In this document: positions 53,701-63,045 of the stretch, piece by piece
How positions within the stretch are numbered: the stretch's first letter is position 1
Layout: each line of letters begins with the position of its first letter
From: an uncultured Bacteroidota bacterium
Lineage (GTDB): Bacteria > Bacteroidota > Bacteroidia > 2-12-FULL-35-15
DNA length: 64,000 bases
Reading direction: 5' to 3'
Assembly (NCBI GenBank): GCA_963727705.1
Contig: CAVSHK010000042.1
Span: forward strand, 7,552-71,551
Position numbers and translations under genes: made by a program
The notes under the pieces: model-generated
Databases searched by the model: none
Seen by the model: only the letters and a program-made list of their open reading frames with translations
Told to the model about the DNA's origin: nothing

Positions 53701-54702
53701 GAAATTGGTGAAGGAGGCTTTATTGCAGATGCAGCAACATTGGGAGAAGCTGATATAAGAGGCTTACGTTTTACTTTAAAAAAAACCACCATTAAAAACA
53801 TGAGCTTTGTTGGAAACGCTGCTGTTATTCCACAAGGTTATGAATTAGATAGCAATATGCTGATTGGTGTATTATCAACCCCGCCTTCAAGCGAACAAAT
53901 AAAACAATCAAAGGCAAGAGACTGGTTTGGTTCACCGGCAATGGCATTGCCTCGTCGTCAATCAAATCAAACCTTTCCTGATAATCTCACTATCAACCCA
54001 AGTAGGAAAAGAATAGTAATACGAGGTATTGTGGAATTTATTCGCATTCTTCTTCCTACAACTGTGATTACGTTGTGCTGTATATTGTTTCTTTCTTTCG
54101 GGCACGACCTGATTGTTGGACATACCGTGATAGAAACTATTCTGCTTTTCCCTTTTTATTATTTGGCGTTAATAGGTATTCCATGTTTTTTGTTTACAGT
54201 TATGTTAAAATGGATTATTATAGGTAAGTATCATACACAGCAATTTCCTATGTGGACTTGGAATGTTTGGAAAAGCGAAGCAATAACAACAACATACGAA
54301 GCGTTAGCCATTCCTTTTTTATTAGAGTTTTTGGCAGGAACATTTTGGTTACCAATAGCTCTTAGAATGCTTGGTGTTAAAATTGGAAAAAGAGTTTTTA
54401 TGAACACCACTGATATAACAGAATACGATGTTGTAAGCATTGGTGACGATTCTATCTTAAATGAAGATTGTGGCCCACAAACACATTTATTTGAGGATCG
54501 TATTATGAAAATTGGAAGTGTATCTATAGGCAAGCGCTGCACAATTGGCGCACGTACCATCATTTTATATGATAGCAAAATAGAAGATGATGCGAATATA
54601 CTTCCACTTTCTTTGGTAATGAAAGGAGAAACAATTTCGGGACACAAAAATTGGGTAGGCAGCCCGGTAAGACTAAAAGAAAATGATAACGTTATTTTAT
54701 AA
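50722..54702 (+). CDS. Pls/PosA-family membrane-bound single-module NRPS-like poly(amino acid) synthetase
   Basis: A domain (YTSGSTGKPKG, FDMW, NSYGPTE, YRTGDL, GRIDDQIK..GYRIELGEIE) and T domain (GGDS), then three TM plus hexapeptide-like repeats (G.YP.W..YY.RWW, LG.KIG, QTHLFEDR.MK, W.GSP). Confidence 0.92.
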   Translation: MTKSILKGLNIPEFINEESLASIFRESAKKRRTATALTFHKKSITYEELDEWSDSIAAFLSNNNIGSGNYIGVWLPRGLELHVTILGITKSGATYVPMDYEIPTERVHTILDEVGASAIFTDKPINLPCSVYAPLQQHYPFDKNKVPSLLSSDDFAYVLYTSGSTGKPKGIPITQKQICHLIRAEQSIFNIKPDDKVYQGFSVSFDMWCEETWLSYLAGASLWVADTITAKSIDELTDVLEREKITIFHAVPSLLAAMPKDAVTVRLVNAGGEACTPKALKKWANANRLFYNSYGPTETTVTATMAKLNKDDKITIGNVLPNYSLAIVDEQYNPVDIGTEGELIISGIGVAKGYIKNPELTKEKFIDKPESLASLYGEKIYRTGDLAILNDARNIEFIGRIDDQIKLHGYRIELGEIESKLAFINGIKEAACKIIKDANAQEYLVAFITVGALFQLNESFIKNELAKSLPKYMIPSSIVIIDKIPRLASGKINRKELLVPEFKNQKTATSEIDSSAMGETVSEKVVYILKKIMPNTDISLEYDFFDKIGGDSFTTAVFVSELRDHAGIPNASIKDVYTHRPLIKLVEFWEKDTEKQSKQADLNKEQNEKFNEANKWNYFTCGIAQSVSLLFICALFAMQLFLPYLGYSYVFSLLKSHTYAIITAFSLYCINTPLFYFISIFLKWVIIGKMKEGDYPLWGSYYFRWWFVKSIQKLVNVQLLSDTPLYSIYMKWLGVKIGNDAQLSVLKIGAEDLVTMGKDVSISSNVVLDNAFIENGWLKLRKIEIGDHAYIGSSAVVGPNTKMEDWSELQDLSALLPNQIIKSKEVWEGSPAKKLRLKTTDELPEPLHVSFYTKANYSFLYGIIIMHFPLAMIIPILPTIIVLNENNHNMYGRDFSYLVLTPILAFLYIIIFLIQTIVCSRILQYNIKPGVYKVYSSLYLRKWLSDQFMSLSLNVLHPIYATIYISSMFRAFGAKIGKKTEISTASGITHPLLEIGEGGFIADAATLGEADIRGLRFTLKKTTIKNMSFVGNAAVIPQGYELDSNMLIGVLSTPPSSEQIKQSKARDWFGSPAMALPRRQSNQTFPDNLTINPSRKRIVIRGIVEFIRILLPTTVITLCCILFLSFGHDLIVGHTVIETILLFPFYYLALIGIPCFLFTVMLKWIIIGKYHTQQFPMWTWNVWKSEAITTTYEALAIPFLLEFLAGTFWLPIALRMLGVKIGKRVFMNTTDITEYDVVSIGDDSILNEDCGPQTHLFEDRIMKIGSVSIGKRCTIGARTIILYDSKIEDDANILPLSLVMKGETISGHKNWVGSPVRLKENDNVIL

Positions 54703-54765
54703 ACTTAGACCTTATGTTTATCATTAAAATTAATTTAGTTTGTGCAAGTTGTTAGAACATCTATT

Positions 54766-55703
54766 TTGAAAAAGAAACTTCTGAATATTAATATCCTTTT
54801 GCTCTGCCTTATTGTAAGTTCCGCATCTTTTGCTCAGAGAGGAAGTAAAAAGATTGAAAAAAAAAAGAATGGAGCAAAACCGCTTTTGATTCAATTGTTA
54901 ATATTATTGACTCGGTAAAAGAAACGATACCTAATTTGGAAGTTGCAATGGATGCGGCAAATAAAGCTGTATTTTGGGGTAGAACATTTGGATTAAATCA
55001 ATATAGTGCCGAACCGTCTTTGGTATTTAATACCGGAAAAGGATTATACTTTTATAATACAAACTATTATTGGAGCAAGGATGCATCGCCTAATGCAATT
55101 GCAAAATCCGATTTTGGAATTGGTTATGAAAAAAATTTAACTTCGAATTTAAGTGGAAGCTTAAGCTATGAAAAATGGTTATACTATAATGGTGATAATT
55201 ATGTAAAACATGCCATCCAAAATTCTATAGAGTCGCAGGTTATATATGAATTTGATTGGTTTAATCTGGAATCATCTATTTATTATATGTTCGGGAATAT
55301 TAATATTTTTGAAACAGACTTTAATATTAGTCAGGAGTTTTTTTTACACTCATTTTCTAAATACTCTGCCCTCTATTTTTTTCCTGAGTTTACAAGCATA
55401 TTTGCAAACAAAAACTTTTTACCAATTTATAGTGCAATACCTTCTAACTTCTTAAACAATACTAATTTCAGACTGATTGATCTGGAACTTAATCTTCCAT
55501 TGCGATTACAAATAAAGAACATAGCAATAGAACCTGATTTTCATTATAATATACCGATACAAGAACCTAATGAAAACGTGCATCCATTTAACTACTATTC
55601 ATTAAAGTTAACTTACAATATTTATTTTGATAAGGAAATCAAAATAAAAAAACGTTATGAAAAACTGGGAAAATTGCAAACAATACCCAAAACTTCTGAT
55701 TAG
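54766..55703 (+). CDS. putative outer-membrane beta-barrel protein; signal peptide out of frame at an A10 tract (54857-54866)
   Basis: The TTG-started leader LKKKLLNINILLLCLIVSSASFA-Q joins ORF 54936-55703 if the tract were 11 or 8 A; alternating aromatic beta-strands. Confidence 0.6.
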
Positions 55704-55750
55704 GTAGCTATTTAAAACCGAATGTAGAAAATTCAAGTAACACTAATCAT

Positions 55751-58438
55751 CTACGCCAATTGTTTTTTCCTTTTCTTCACACCAAAGTCCAAAATCCGAT
55801 CAATAAAATCATACGGTTTGTAACCATCAATGGCACATTGATGAAAGATGCAAGTTGCCGGAGTCATACCCGGCAAGGAGTTTACTTCAATAAAAATCAC
55901 TTCCACTTTATCAGGATTGTAAATTCTTACAAATGCATCAATACGTGAGTAACCATTTATGTTTAACAGTTTAGCAGCAGCGCCCAATGTTTGTTTTACA
56001 TTGTCTGAAATTTTCTGACGCTCTATAGCATTGCTTGAATAACGAGCCGGTGTTATGTTTTGACCTTGTCCTGCTAAAAATTTTTCTTCCAACGAAAGCA
56101 CTTCTCCTTCACTCAATGCTTCCGATGCTTCAAATACTTCATAATTTACAGTTCCATTTTCATCATATTGGGTGAGCATTCCACCTGTTATTTCCAAAAA
56201 ATGTTTGGCATCTCTTTTAGAAATAAGCTCTTCCACCAATATGACTCGCTTTTGAGGAAACTCTTCTTTTTCTTTAATATTCAGCAATTGAGCCGCAATT
56301 TTATCCAATGTTTCAGTAGTTCTGAAAATAAGTTTGGCAAACGCTTCAAATTCTTGTGGTGTTTTTATTTTTTTTACTGCGGAACTACAACCATCGTCCA
56401 CAGGCTTGGCAATAAATGGATAGTGGATGGTTGACTGAAGTTTTGCTAATACACTGTTTTTATCAGCATTCCATGCTTCTTCGGTAACCAGCAAATGTTC
56501 TGCAACCAAAAAACCATTTTGTTTTAAAATTTCGTTAGTACGATATTTATCAATAGTGATTTGTGAACTCTCCACACCAGAACCATTGTAAGGCAATCCA
56601 ACTCTTTCAAGATTTGCTTGCACTGCACCATCTTCACCCGGGCGACCATGAAGCGCTATAAACACTTCATCTACCATCTTCGCCAAGTCCTCATAACTTA
56701 CACGTTCAGGTTTAGCCAAATTATCTTTGCTTGAATATTTGTTAGTAATAGCGCTAGTTTCCTTAATTATAGACTTCACCATATCGTGAATTTTATAATT
56801 CTCTATTTTATCTTTTATATCATCGGCATTGTCCTTCAACAAAATATTGATAGGTATTTTGTACATGATGTGCTCATCAGCACTCCCTGTTAAAAAAACA
56901 GGAATAGGCTCGTACTTGGCTGATGAGGCCAGTTTTTCGTAAATGTTTCTGCCGCTTTCTACGGAAATATGACGTTCGGAAGAATAACCGCCTAAAATCA
57001 CTGCTACTTTTATTTTGTTTGTTGAACTGTTCTTGTCCTTTTTAATTGAAGAATCTAATTGTTTCAATAACTTCTCAAAACCAATGTTATTGACGGATTT
57101 CAAAAGTCGCTGATGAAGAGACGTTCGAATGATATATGTTAAAAACTGAGAAGGATTCAAACCTATTTCGGCAGCCTGATGAAAGAAAAATGAGGATGGC
57201 ATCATACCAGATGTAGTATTTGGATCATTCAAAAATATTTTACCCTCGGTAGAAAGAAAGCCATCAATACGTGCATATACATCAAAATGCAAAGCATAAA
57301 ATAATCGTTCGCACTCTTTACGGATTACAAGAATGTCTTCATTGGGAACATCAATAGGAGTTATTTTTCGCGATAAGCCCGGTAAGTATTTAGAACGATA
57401 ATCAAACAATTCTTTTCCCTTTCTGATTTCCGTTGGAGGCAGCGCAATGGCCTTTCCATTTTCATCTTGCACCACAATACATGAAAACTCCTTACCTGAA
57501 ATAAAGCCTTCAACCAAAACTTTTGATTCGCTATCCAGAGCTTCAAGTACTAAATCAGTTGTTTGTGAGTTAAAATATTCCTTCACATACTCCAACAAAT
57601 CCGCCGGATGATAAAATTTGTTAGCACCGATTCGCACAGGCATTCCTATACCTTCGCGAATATCGGCGAGATTGCGTATGTATATTAATTTTTCATTATC
57701 ATTAAGACTATTCCAAATAATGGCTTTTATTCTTTTTATAAACAAGGCTTTTTCAATAGCTTCTTCAAAAGAAATGTCGCTATCTTCATTCATAATGGTT
57801 ACGCCTATTGACGAACCTTGATTGGCGGGTTTTATGACCACAGGAAAACCTATTTCATTTTTTACTCTTTCAAAAAACAAAACACTTTTTCGTTTTAAAT
57901 AACTTTCTCTATCGATAGTAAAAAAAGTGGGACTATTAAAACCTGCATTTACCATCAGTTGTTTTTGAACACCTTTATCAATACCAATTGCGGAAGGCAA
58001 AATACCCGAACCGGAATATGGAATATTAAGGTATTCAAATAACCCTTGTATTTTACCATCTTCTCCGGAAGGACCATGCAAACATAAAAAAGCAAAATCA
58101 AACTGCTTTTTTAAATTCCCGGGCTCTATTTTCTTCCCGATTTTCTTTATCATTTCAGCCTGTTGCTTAAAAGATAGTTTACCAATTTGCTCGGCGTATA
58201 TTTGAAAATCTCCTGCTTTTTCCGGAATAAATTCAACCGGTGGGTAAAAATCGCGGATGCTACCTTTGTAAACAAACTCCCAGTTTAGCAACACAAAATT
58301 TCCGAAACTATCAACAAATATGGGCACTGCATCAAACAGCGATTTATTCAAATTATCATAAACGGTTCTTCCGCCAGCAAAGGACACTTCTCTCTCTTTT
58401 GAAAAACCTCCGAAAATAATTCCTATTTTAGTTTTCAT
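55751..58438 (-). CDS. tandem double-domain D-alanine--D-alanine ligase family protein
   Basis: Two ATP-grasp units: GG.S.ERE.S/LHG..GEDG/KP...GSSIG/RIDGF and GG.SSER.IS/LHG..GEDG/RIDAF/EVNSLPGMT. Confidence 0.9.
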   Translation of the reverse strand: MKTKIGIIFGGFSKEREVSFAGGRTVYDNLNKSLFDAVPIFVDSFGNFVLLNWEFVYKGSIRDFYPPVEFIPEKAGDFQIYAEQIGKLSFKQQAEMIKKIGKKIEPGNLKKQFDFAFLCLHGPSGEDGKIQGLFEYLNIPYSGSGILPSAIGIDKGVQKQLMVNAGFNSPTFFTIDRESYLKRKSVLFFERVKNEIGFPVVIKPANQGSSIGVTIMNEDSDISFEEAIEKALFIKRIKAIIWNSLNDNEKLIYIRNLADIREGIGMPVRIGANKFYHPADLLEYVKEYFNSQTTDLVLEALDSESKVLVEGFISGKEFSCIVVQDENGKAIALPPTEIRKGKELFDYRSKYLPGLSRKITPIDVPNEDILVIRKECERLFYALHFDVYARIDGFLSTEGKIFLNDPNTTSGMMPSSFFFHQAAEIGLNPSQFLTYIIRTSLHQRLLKSVNNIGFEKLLKQLDSSIKKDKNSSTNKIKVAVILGGYSSERHISVESGRNIYEKLASSAKYEPIPVFLTGSADEHIMYKIPINILLKDNADDIKDKIENYKIHDMVKSIIKETSAITNKYSSKDNLAKPERVSYEDLAKMVDEVFIALHGRPGEDGAVQANLERVGLPYNGSGVESSQITIDKYRTNEILKQNGFLVAEHLLVTEEAWNADKNSVLAKLQSTIHYPFIAKPVDDGCSSAVKKIKTPQEFEAFAKLIFRTTETLDKIAAQLLNIKEKEEFPQKRVILVEELISKRDAKHFLEITGGMLTQYDENGTVNYEVFEASEALSEGEVLSLEEKFLAGQGQNITPARYSSNAIERQKISDNVKQTLGAAAKLLNINGYSRIDAFVRIYNPDKVEVIFIEVNSLPGMTPATCIFHQCAIDGYKPYDFIDRILDFGVKKRKKQLA

Positions 58439-58705
58439 ACATATATTATATTGTTACCACAACTGATTTTCAGTTGAGTATATGTGACTAATTTATTAAG
58501 AGCAACTGAAATCAAACTCTCACACAAAAATAACCTTTACGCGCAAGTTAAGTAGGCTGTTTGCTTCAACTATTCAACAGGGTTATTAACTAAAACAGAT
58601 TTATAGTTGAGGAGAACGGCATCTCTGATAATTTACTTGAATAGATGGTGAATATTAATTTATGTCCTCTGCTAAAAGCCGTTACCATTTATCAGATAAA
58701 AACAA

Positions 58706-59710
58706 TTATAGGTTAAGTAGAATTGCTTCTTCCAACAGTTGTTTTTTATTAATAGGGACTACCCCTACTTTTTCACAAACCAAACCTCCGGCAAGATTTG
58801 CCAATGTAGCTGTTAATTCAGAAGAAAGGTGCAATGCCAAACAAAGTGCCGCAACACTCACCACGGTATCGCCGGCCCCTGAAACATCTGATATGTTACG
58901 AACATGAGCCGGAATAAGCTTTTTTGTTTTAGCGCTATGTGTATAAATTCCTTTCTCAGAAAGGGTAATGAGTAAGGTATTAATGTTTTGCTTTTTGATA
59001 AATTGAGCGGCCGCCTTTTCTATTGCAGCAAAGTCGTTGGTATTAAAATCCGTTTTTAATCCTTCTTTCAGTTCCTTCAAATTGGGCTTAAACAGAGTAA
59101 CACCTAAATAGTTCAAAAAGTTTTTCTTTTTTGGATCTACAACAGTTGGTATATTTTTTTTCTTGGCAAATGCAATTATTTCTTTTATTAAATCAACCGT
59201 TACCGCACCTTTATCATAATCTTCAAAAATAATCACATCCACTTTTTCACTTACCAAAAGCGCTTTAATCGTTTCGATTAACGCATTATTGGTTTCGGAA
59301 TTCAAATCTGTTTCAATTTCTTCATCCACACGTAACATCTGATGATTACCAGCAATTATGCGCGTTTTAACGGTAGTCATCCTTTTTTTATCTTTCAAAA
59401 TTCCTTTGGAAGATAATTTTTGTTTTTTTAATAAATCTAAAAATAATTTACTGTTGCTATCGTCCCCAATTACAGAACAAAGAATAGGTTTTGCTCCCAT
59501 TGCCTGAATATTTAAGGCAACATTAGCGGCTCCTCCCAAACGGTTTTCTTTTTTGGTGATAGAAACAACCGGAACAGGAGCTTCAGGCGAAATACGACTT
59601 ACATTACCCCATGTATAAGCATCCATCATTACATCTCCAATAATCAGCACGTTGAGATCATTAAATGAATCAAAGATTTTTTTTATTGATGGATTTTGTC
59701 CTAAGTCCAA
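58706..59710 (-). CDS. D-glycero-beta-D-manno-heptose-7-phosphate kinase (RfaE1/HldE kinase domain)
   Basis: GDVMMD.Y..G.V.RISPEAPVPV, GGAANVA, DY.KG, VDPK, DVSGAGDTV. Confidence 0.9.
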   Translation of the reverse strand: MDLGQNPSIKKIFDSFNDLNVLIIGDVMMDAYTWGNVSRISPEAPVPVVSITKKENRLGGAANVALNIQAMGAKPILCSVIGDDSNSKLFLDLLKKQKLSSKGILKDKKRMTTVKTRIIAGNHQMLRVDEEIETDLNSETNNALIETIKALLVSEKVDVIIFEDYDKGAVTVDLIKEIIAFAKKKNIPTVVDPKKKNFLNYLGVTLFKPNLKELKEGLKTDFNTNDFAAIEKAAAQFIKKQNINTLLITLSEKGIYTHSAKTKKLIPAHVRNISDVSGAGDTVVSVAALCLALHLSSELTATLANLAGGLVCEKVGVVPINKKQLLEEAILLNL

Positions 59711-59745
59711 AGTAGGAAAGTTTAAAGTTTATTGTAATACTACAC

Positions 59746-59783
59746 TAAAAACCTGACAAATCAATTAGACTTGTCAGGTTTTT
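59746..59783. terminator. intrinsic terminator-like hairpin
   Basis: TAAAAACCTGACAA-loop-TTGTCAGGTTTTTA. Confidence 0.7.
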
Positions 59784-59859
59784 ATTTATTGTGGTTTCAA
59801 AGCTCAACCACGTATTCTTTTTAATCGTACAATTAATATTTGTCAATAAAATGATCCCA

Positions 59860-61059
59860 TTAATTTAACTTCGCCAACGCTTCTTTCATACGTTTGCAGG
59901 CCTCAACCAATTGGCTTTCGGCAGCAGCGTATGATAAACGGATGCAATTGTCATTACCAAATGCAGAACCTGCAACGGTTGCAATATTGCCTTCTTCAAG
60001 CAAAAACATACTTAAATCAGTTGAATCTTTTATTTTACTTCCATTAAACGATTTTCCAAAATATGAAGAAACATCAGGAAACAAATAAAATGCACCTTCG
60101 GGAGTATTTGTTTTTACTCCTGGTATTTCTTTTAACAAACCTATAACAATATCTCTTCTTTTTTTGAAGGTATCACGCATTTCGTGAGTTACTGATGGAT
60201 CAGCTTTAACTGCTGCTAATGCAGCCATTTGCGAAATAGACGATGCCCCTGAAGTAAATTGCCCTTGCAATTTATCACAAGCTTTTGCAATCCATACAGG
60301 AGCGCCAATGTAACCAATACGCCATCCGGTCATTGCAGCCCCCTTAGATACACCATTAATGGTAATCACCTGATTATAAATCGCATCAAACTGAGCGATA
60401 CTTTCGTGTTTGCCAACAAAGTTTATGTGCTCATAAATTTCGTCAGATATTACAAATACCTTAGGATGTTTTTCGATTACAGCCGCTAATCCTTTTAACT
60501 CTTCTTTACTGTACATTGCTCCACTTGGATTACAAGGAGAACTGAATATTATCAATTTTGTTTTAGGAGTAATTGCCTTTTCTAGTTGCTCCGGAGTAAT
60601 TTTGAAATTGCTTTCTATACCGGCATTCACAATCACTGATTTACCCTCAGCCAATTTCACACATTCCAAATAGCTTACCCAATATGGGGCAGGAATAATC
60701 ACCTCATCTCCGGGATTTACCAAACACAACACTACATTTATTATAGATTGTTTTGCGCCTGTAGAAACTACAATTTGTTCTGGAGCATAAGTCAAGTTAT
60801 TATCTCTTTTAAATTTTTCTGAAATAGCTTTACAAAGCTCTGCTATACCTGATACAGGAGTGTAGCGGGTAATATTATCATCTATCGATTTTTTAGCGGC
60901 ATCCTTAATAAAATCAGGTGTATTGAAGTCTGGTTCACCCACACTTAAATTGATTATTTTTTTCCCCTGAGCCTGTAACTCGCGGCTTTTTTTAGACATT
61001 GCAATGGTTTGCGATTCTTCTAAATTGTTGATTCTGTCGGATAATAATTGGTTGCTCAT
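59860..61059 (-). CDS. aspC: aspartate aminotransferase (class I PLP)
   Basis: GEPDF.TP, GAKQS, PYWVSY, P.NPSG, SDEIYE, SK..AMTGWRIGY. Confidence 0.9.
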   Translation of the reverse strand: MSNQLLSDRINNLEESQTIAMSKKSRELQAQGKKIINLSVGEPDFNTPDFIKDAAKKSIDDNITRYTPVSGIAELCKAISEKFKRDNNLTYAPEQIVVSTGAKQSIINVVLCLVNPGDEVIIPAPYWVSYLECVKLAEGKSVIVNAGIESNFKITPEQLEKAITPKTKLIIFSSPCNPSGAMYSKEELKGLAAVIEKHPKVFVISDEIYEHINFVGKHESIAQFDAIYNQVITINGVSKGAAMTGWRIGYIGAPVWIAKACDKLQGQFTSGASSISQMAALAAVKADPSVTHEMRDTFKKRRDIVIGLLKEIPGVKTNTPEGAFYLFPDVSSYFGKSFNGSKIKDSTDLSMFLLEEGNIATVAGSAFGNDNCIRLSYAAAESQLVEACKRMKEALAKLN

Positions 61060-61159
61060 TTTATTGATTAGTAAATAGTAATTAGTAAATAGTGTTTTTA
61101 TTGTTTTGAGTGACTAGGTTATAAATTTTTCAATCTCTCAATTTGTAATCTGCAATTCA

Positions 61160-61720
61160 TTACTTCACTCTTTCGGAGTAGCTGGCAGTACGTGTATCCA
61201 CCTTTATTTTTTCGCCTTGATTAATAAATAAAGGAACATTAACCACAGCACCTGTTTCGAGAGTAGCAGGTTTCAATGTATTAGTTGCAGTATCACCTTT
61301 CACACCCGGTTCGGTATAAGTAATTTCTAATTCAACAAAAACGGGAGGTTCAGCCATAATTGGTTCATCACCTTCAAACGACACTTTTACTTCCATCCCT
61401 TCCTTCAAGAATTTAATACTATCACCCAATAAAATAGATGGTATGTATATTTGTTCGTAGGTATCATTGTCCATCAATACAATAAAGTCGCCCTCAGGGT
61501 AAATAAACTGCATCTGCTTGTATTCAACACGCACAACTTCAACAGCTTCACCTGCTCTGAAACGGTTTTCCACAATTTTTCCGTTTTTTAAATTGCGCAT
61601 TCTAGCCTGATAAAATGCTCTTAAATTGCCCGGTGTACGGTGCATGTATTCTTCTATTCTACAAAGTTCACCGTTAAAACGAATTACCGTTCCTACATTG
61701 ATATCGCCTGAGTTTGCCAT
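61160..61720 (-). CDS. efp: elongation factor P
   Basis: HRTPGNLRAF loop, PGVKGDTA, KPATLETG..V.VPLFI..GE.I.VDTR. Confidence 0.95.
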   Translation of the reverse strand: MANSGDINVGTVIRFNGELCRIEEYMHRTPGNLRAFYQARMRNLKNGKIVENRFRAGEAVEVVRVEYKQMQFIYPEGDFIVLMDNDTYEQIYIPSILLGDSIKFLKEGMEVKVSFEGDEPIMAEPPVFVELEITYTEPGVKGDTATNTLKPATLETGAVVNVPLFINQGEKIKVDTRTASYSERVK

Positions 61721-61854
61721 TAGCTTTTACTTTTTGTAATAAGTTGTTTTTTTTATTGAGGGGCAAATATAGCATAAATTACTTTTTTAAAAAGAACATT
61801 TCATTAAAAAATCAATAGTTTTGCCACATAATTAACAAGTCATAGAGCGCATTA

Positions 61855-63033
61855 ATGAATAAGGATTTAGGTAAACCGGATATGTTTCTTTTGTTGGGTT
61901 CAAAAATTACATTGAATGACACAGAATTCAATGATTTTGAGCAATTAATTAAAGATATTGATGACTGGGCTGCTATTTTCAAAAAAGCCGTTTCATTAAA
62001 TGTTGCCTCCTTACTTTATAAAAACTGCATTAAATCAAAAAATCGCGATGTAATACCTGCAAATGTTTTGGATGACTTCAAAAAAATGTACATCAAAACG
62101 CTTCTGCGAAATACAAAAATGAATGCAGGCTTTAAAGCACTCATGCAATTGCTTATCGGCAATAACATTGATTTTATTCCACTTAAAGGCGCATATTTAA
62201 ATCTTAAAGTATATGAAGATATAGGACTGCGCTTGATGGGGGATATTGATCTGTTGATAAAACAAGATACTATTGAAAAGACTAAAATTATAATGCTGGA
62301 AAACGGTTGGAAAATAAACCGGAATTCATACAGAACCAAAGTACATGACGAAATAGATAAAATTGTATCGCATCACCCCTACATTTTGGAGAAGGATCAA
62401 ACAATTGTTGAATTACATGCCGGCATTCATCCTACATATAAATCTTACCAAGTTAACATAAGCGATTATTGGCAGCGAAGCCAAAAAAGTACCTTAATGA
62501 ATTTGAAAAGTTCAAGTTTAAACAAAACAGATACTTTGCAACATCTATGTTTACATACTTACAATGATTTACTTGGAAGAAAATACAGCCTTAAATTGTT
62601 TGTTGATATTTGTGAATTTTTAATAAAATTTGAACAGGAAATAGATTGGAACTTACTTCAAACAACTTGTACAAAGTACAAATCATTATATCAGGTGCAA
62701 CAAACATTAAAAATATGTAAGATTTATTTTAATGCACCAGTTAACGTTGAATTCTTGAATTACAAAACTACTCAATCGGGAAAAAAAGTTAATTTGGAAT
62801 ATTTGTTTTTAAACATTTTCAAAAAAAACGCATATGCTATTTTATTTAATGTTGTGTACGGGCAATACGTGAAACTATATATATATCGGGAAATAAAAGG
62901 GTTTAAATCAATCATTATTTTTTTAATAGGATATATTTTCCCGTCTGCTGAATTTGTAAACGATAGATTTATAAAACAAAACAGACTCAAAACTCATTTT
63001 CAAATTTATCGCTTTTTAAAATTGATTCACTAA
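61855..63033 (+). CDS. nucleotidyltransferase family protein (NTP_transf_5-like)
   Basis: PLKG..L...Y.....R..GDIDLLI, VELH, HL..H, DW motifs. Confidence 0.8.
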   Translation: MNKDLGKPDMFLLLGSKITLNDTEFNDFEQLIKDIDDWAAIFKKAVSLNVASLLYKNCIKSKNRDVIPANVLDDFKKMYIKTLLRNTKMNAGFKALMQLLIGNNIDFIPLKGAYLNLKVYEDIGLRLMGDIDLLIKQDTIEKTKIIMLENGWKINRNSYRTKVHDEIDKIVSHHPYILEKDQTIVELHAGIHPTYKSYQVNISDYWQRSQKSTLMNLKSSSLNKTDTLQHLCLHTYNDLLGRKYSLKLFVDICEFLIKFEQEIDWNLLQTTCTKYKSLYQVQQTLKICKIYFNAPVNVEFLNYKTTQSGKKVNLEYLFLNIFKKNAYAILFNVVYGQYVKLYIYREIKGFKSIIIFLIGYIFPSAEFVNDRFIKQNRLKTHFQIYRFLKLIH

Positions 63034-63045
63034 AACCCAAAAAGC

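Noticed and set aside
58439-58705. Possible small RNA or leader between the kinase and ddl genes
   Set aside because: Only weak hairpins and no recognisable RNA family motif
61067-61093. ATTAGTAAATAGT tandem duplication
   Set aside because: Short AT-rich intergenic repeat with no evidence of function
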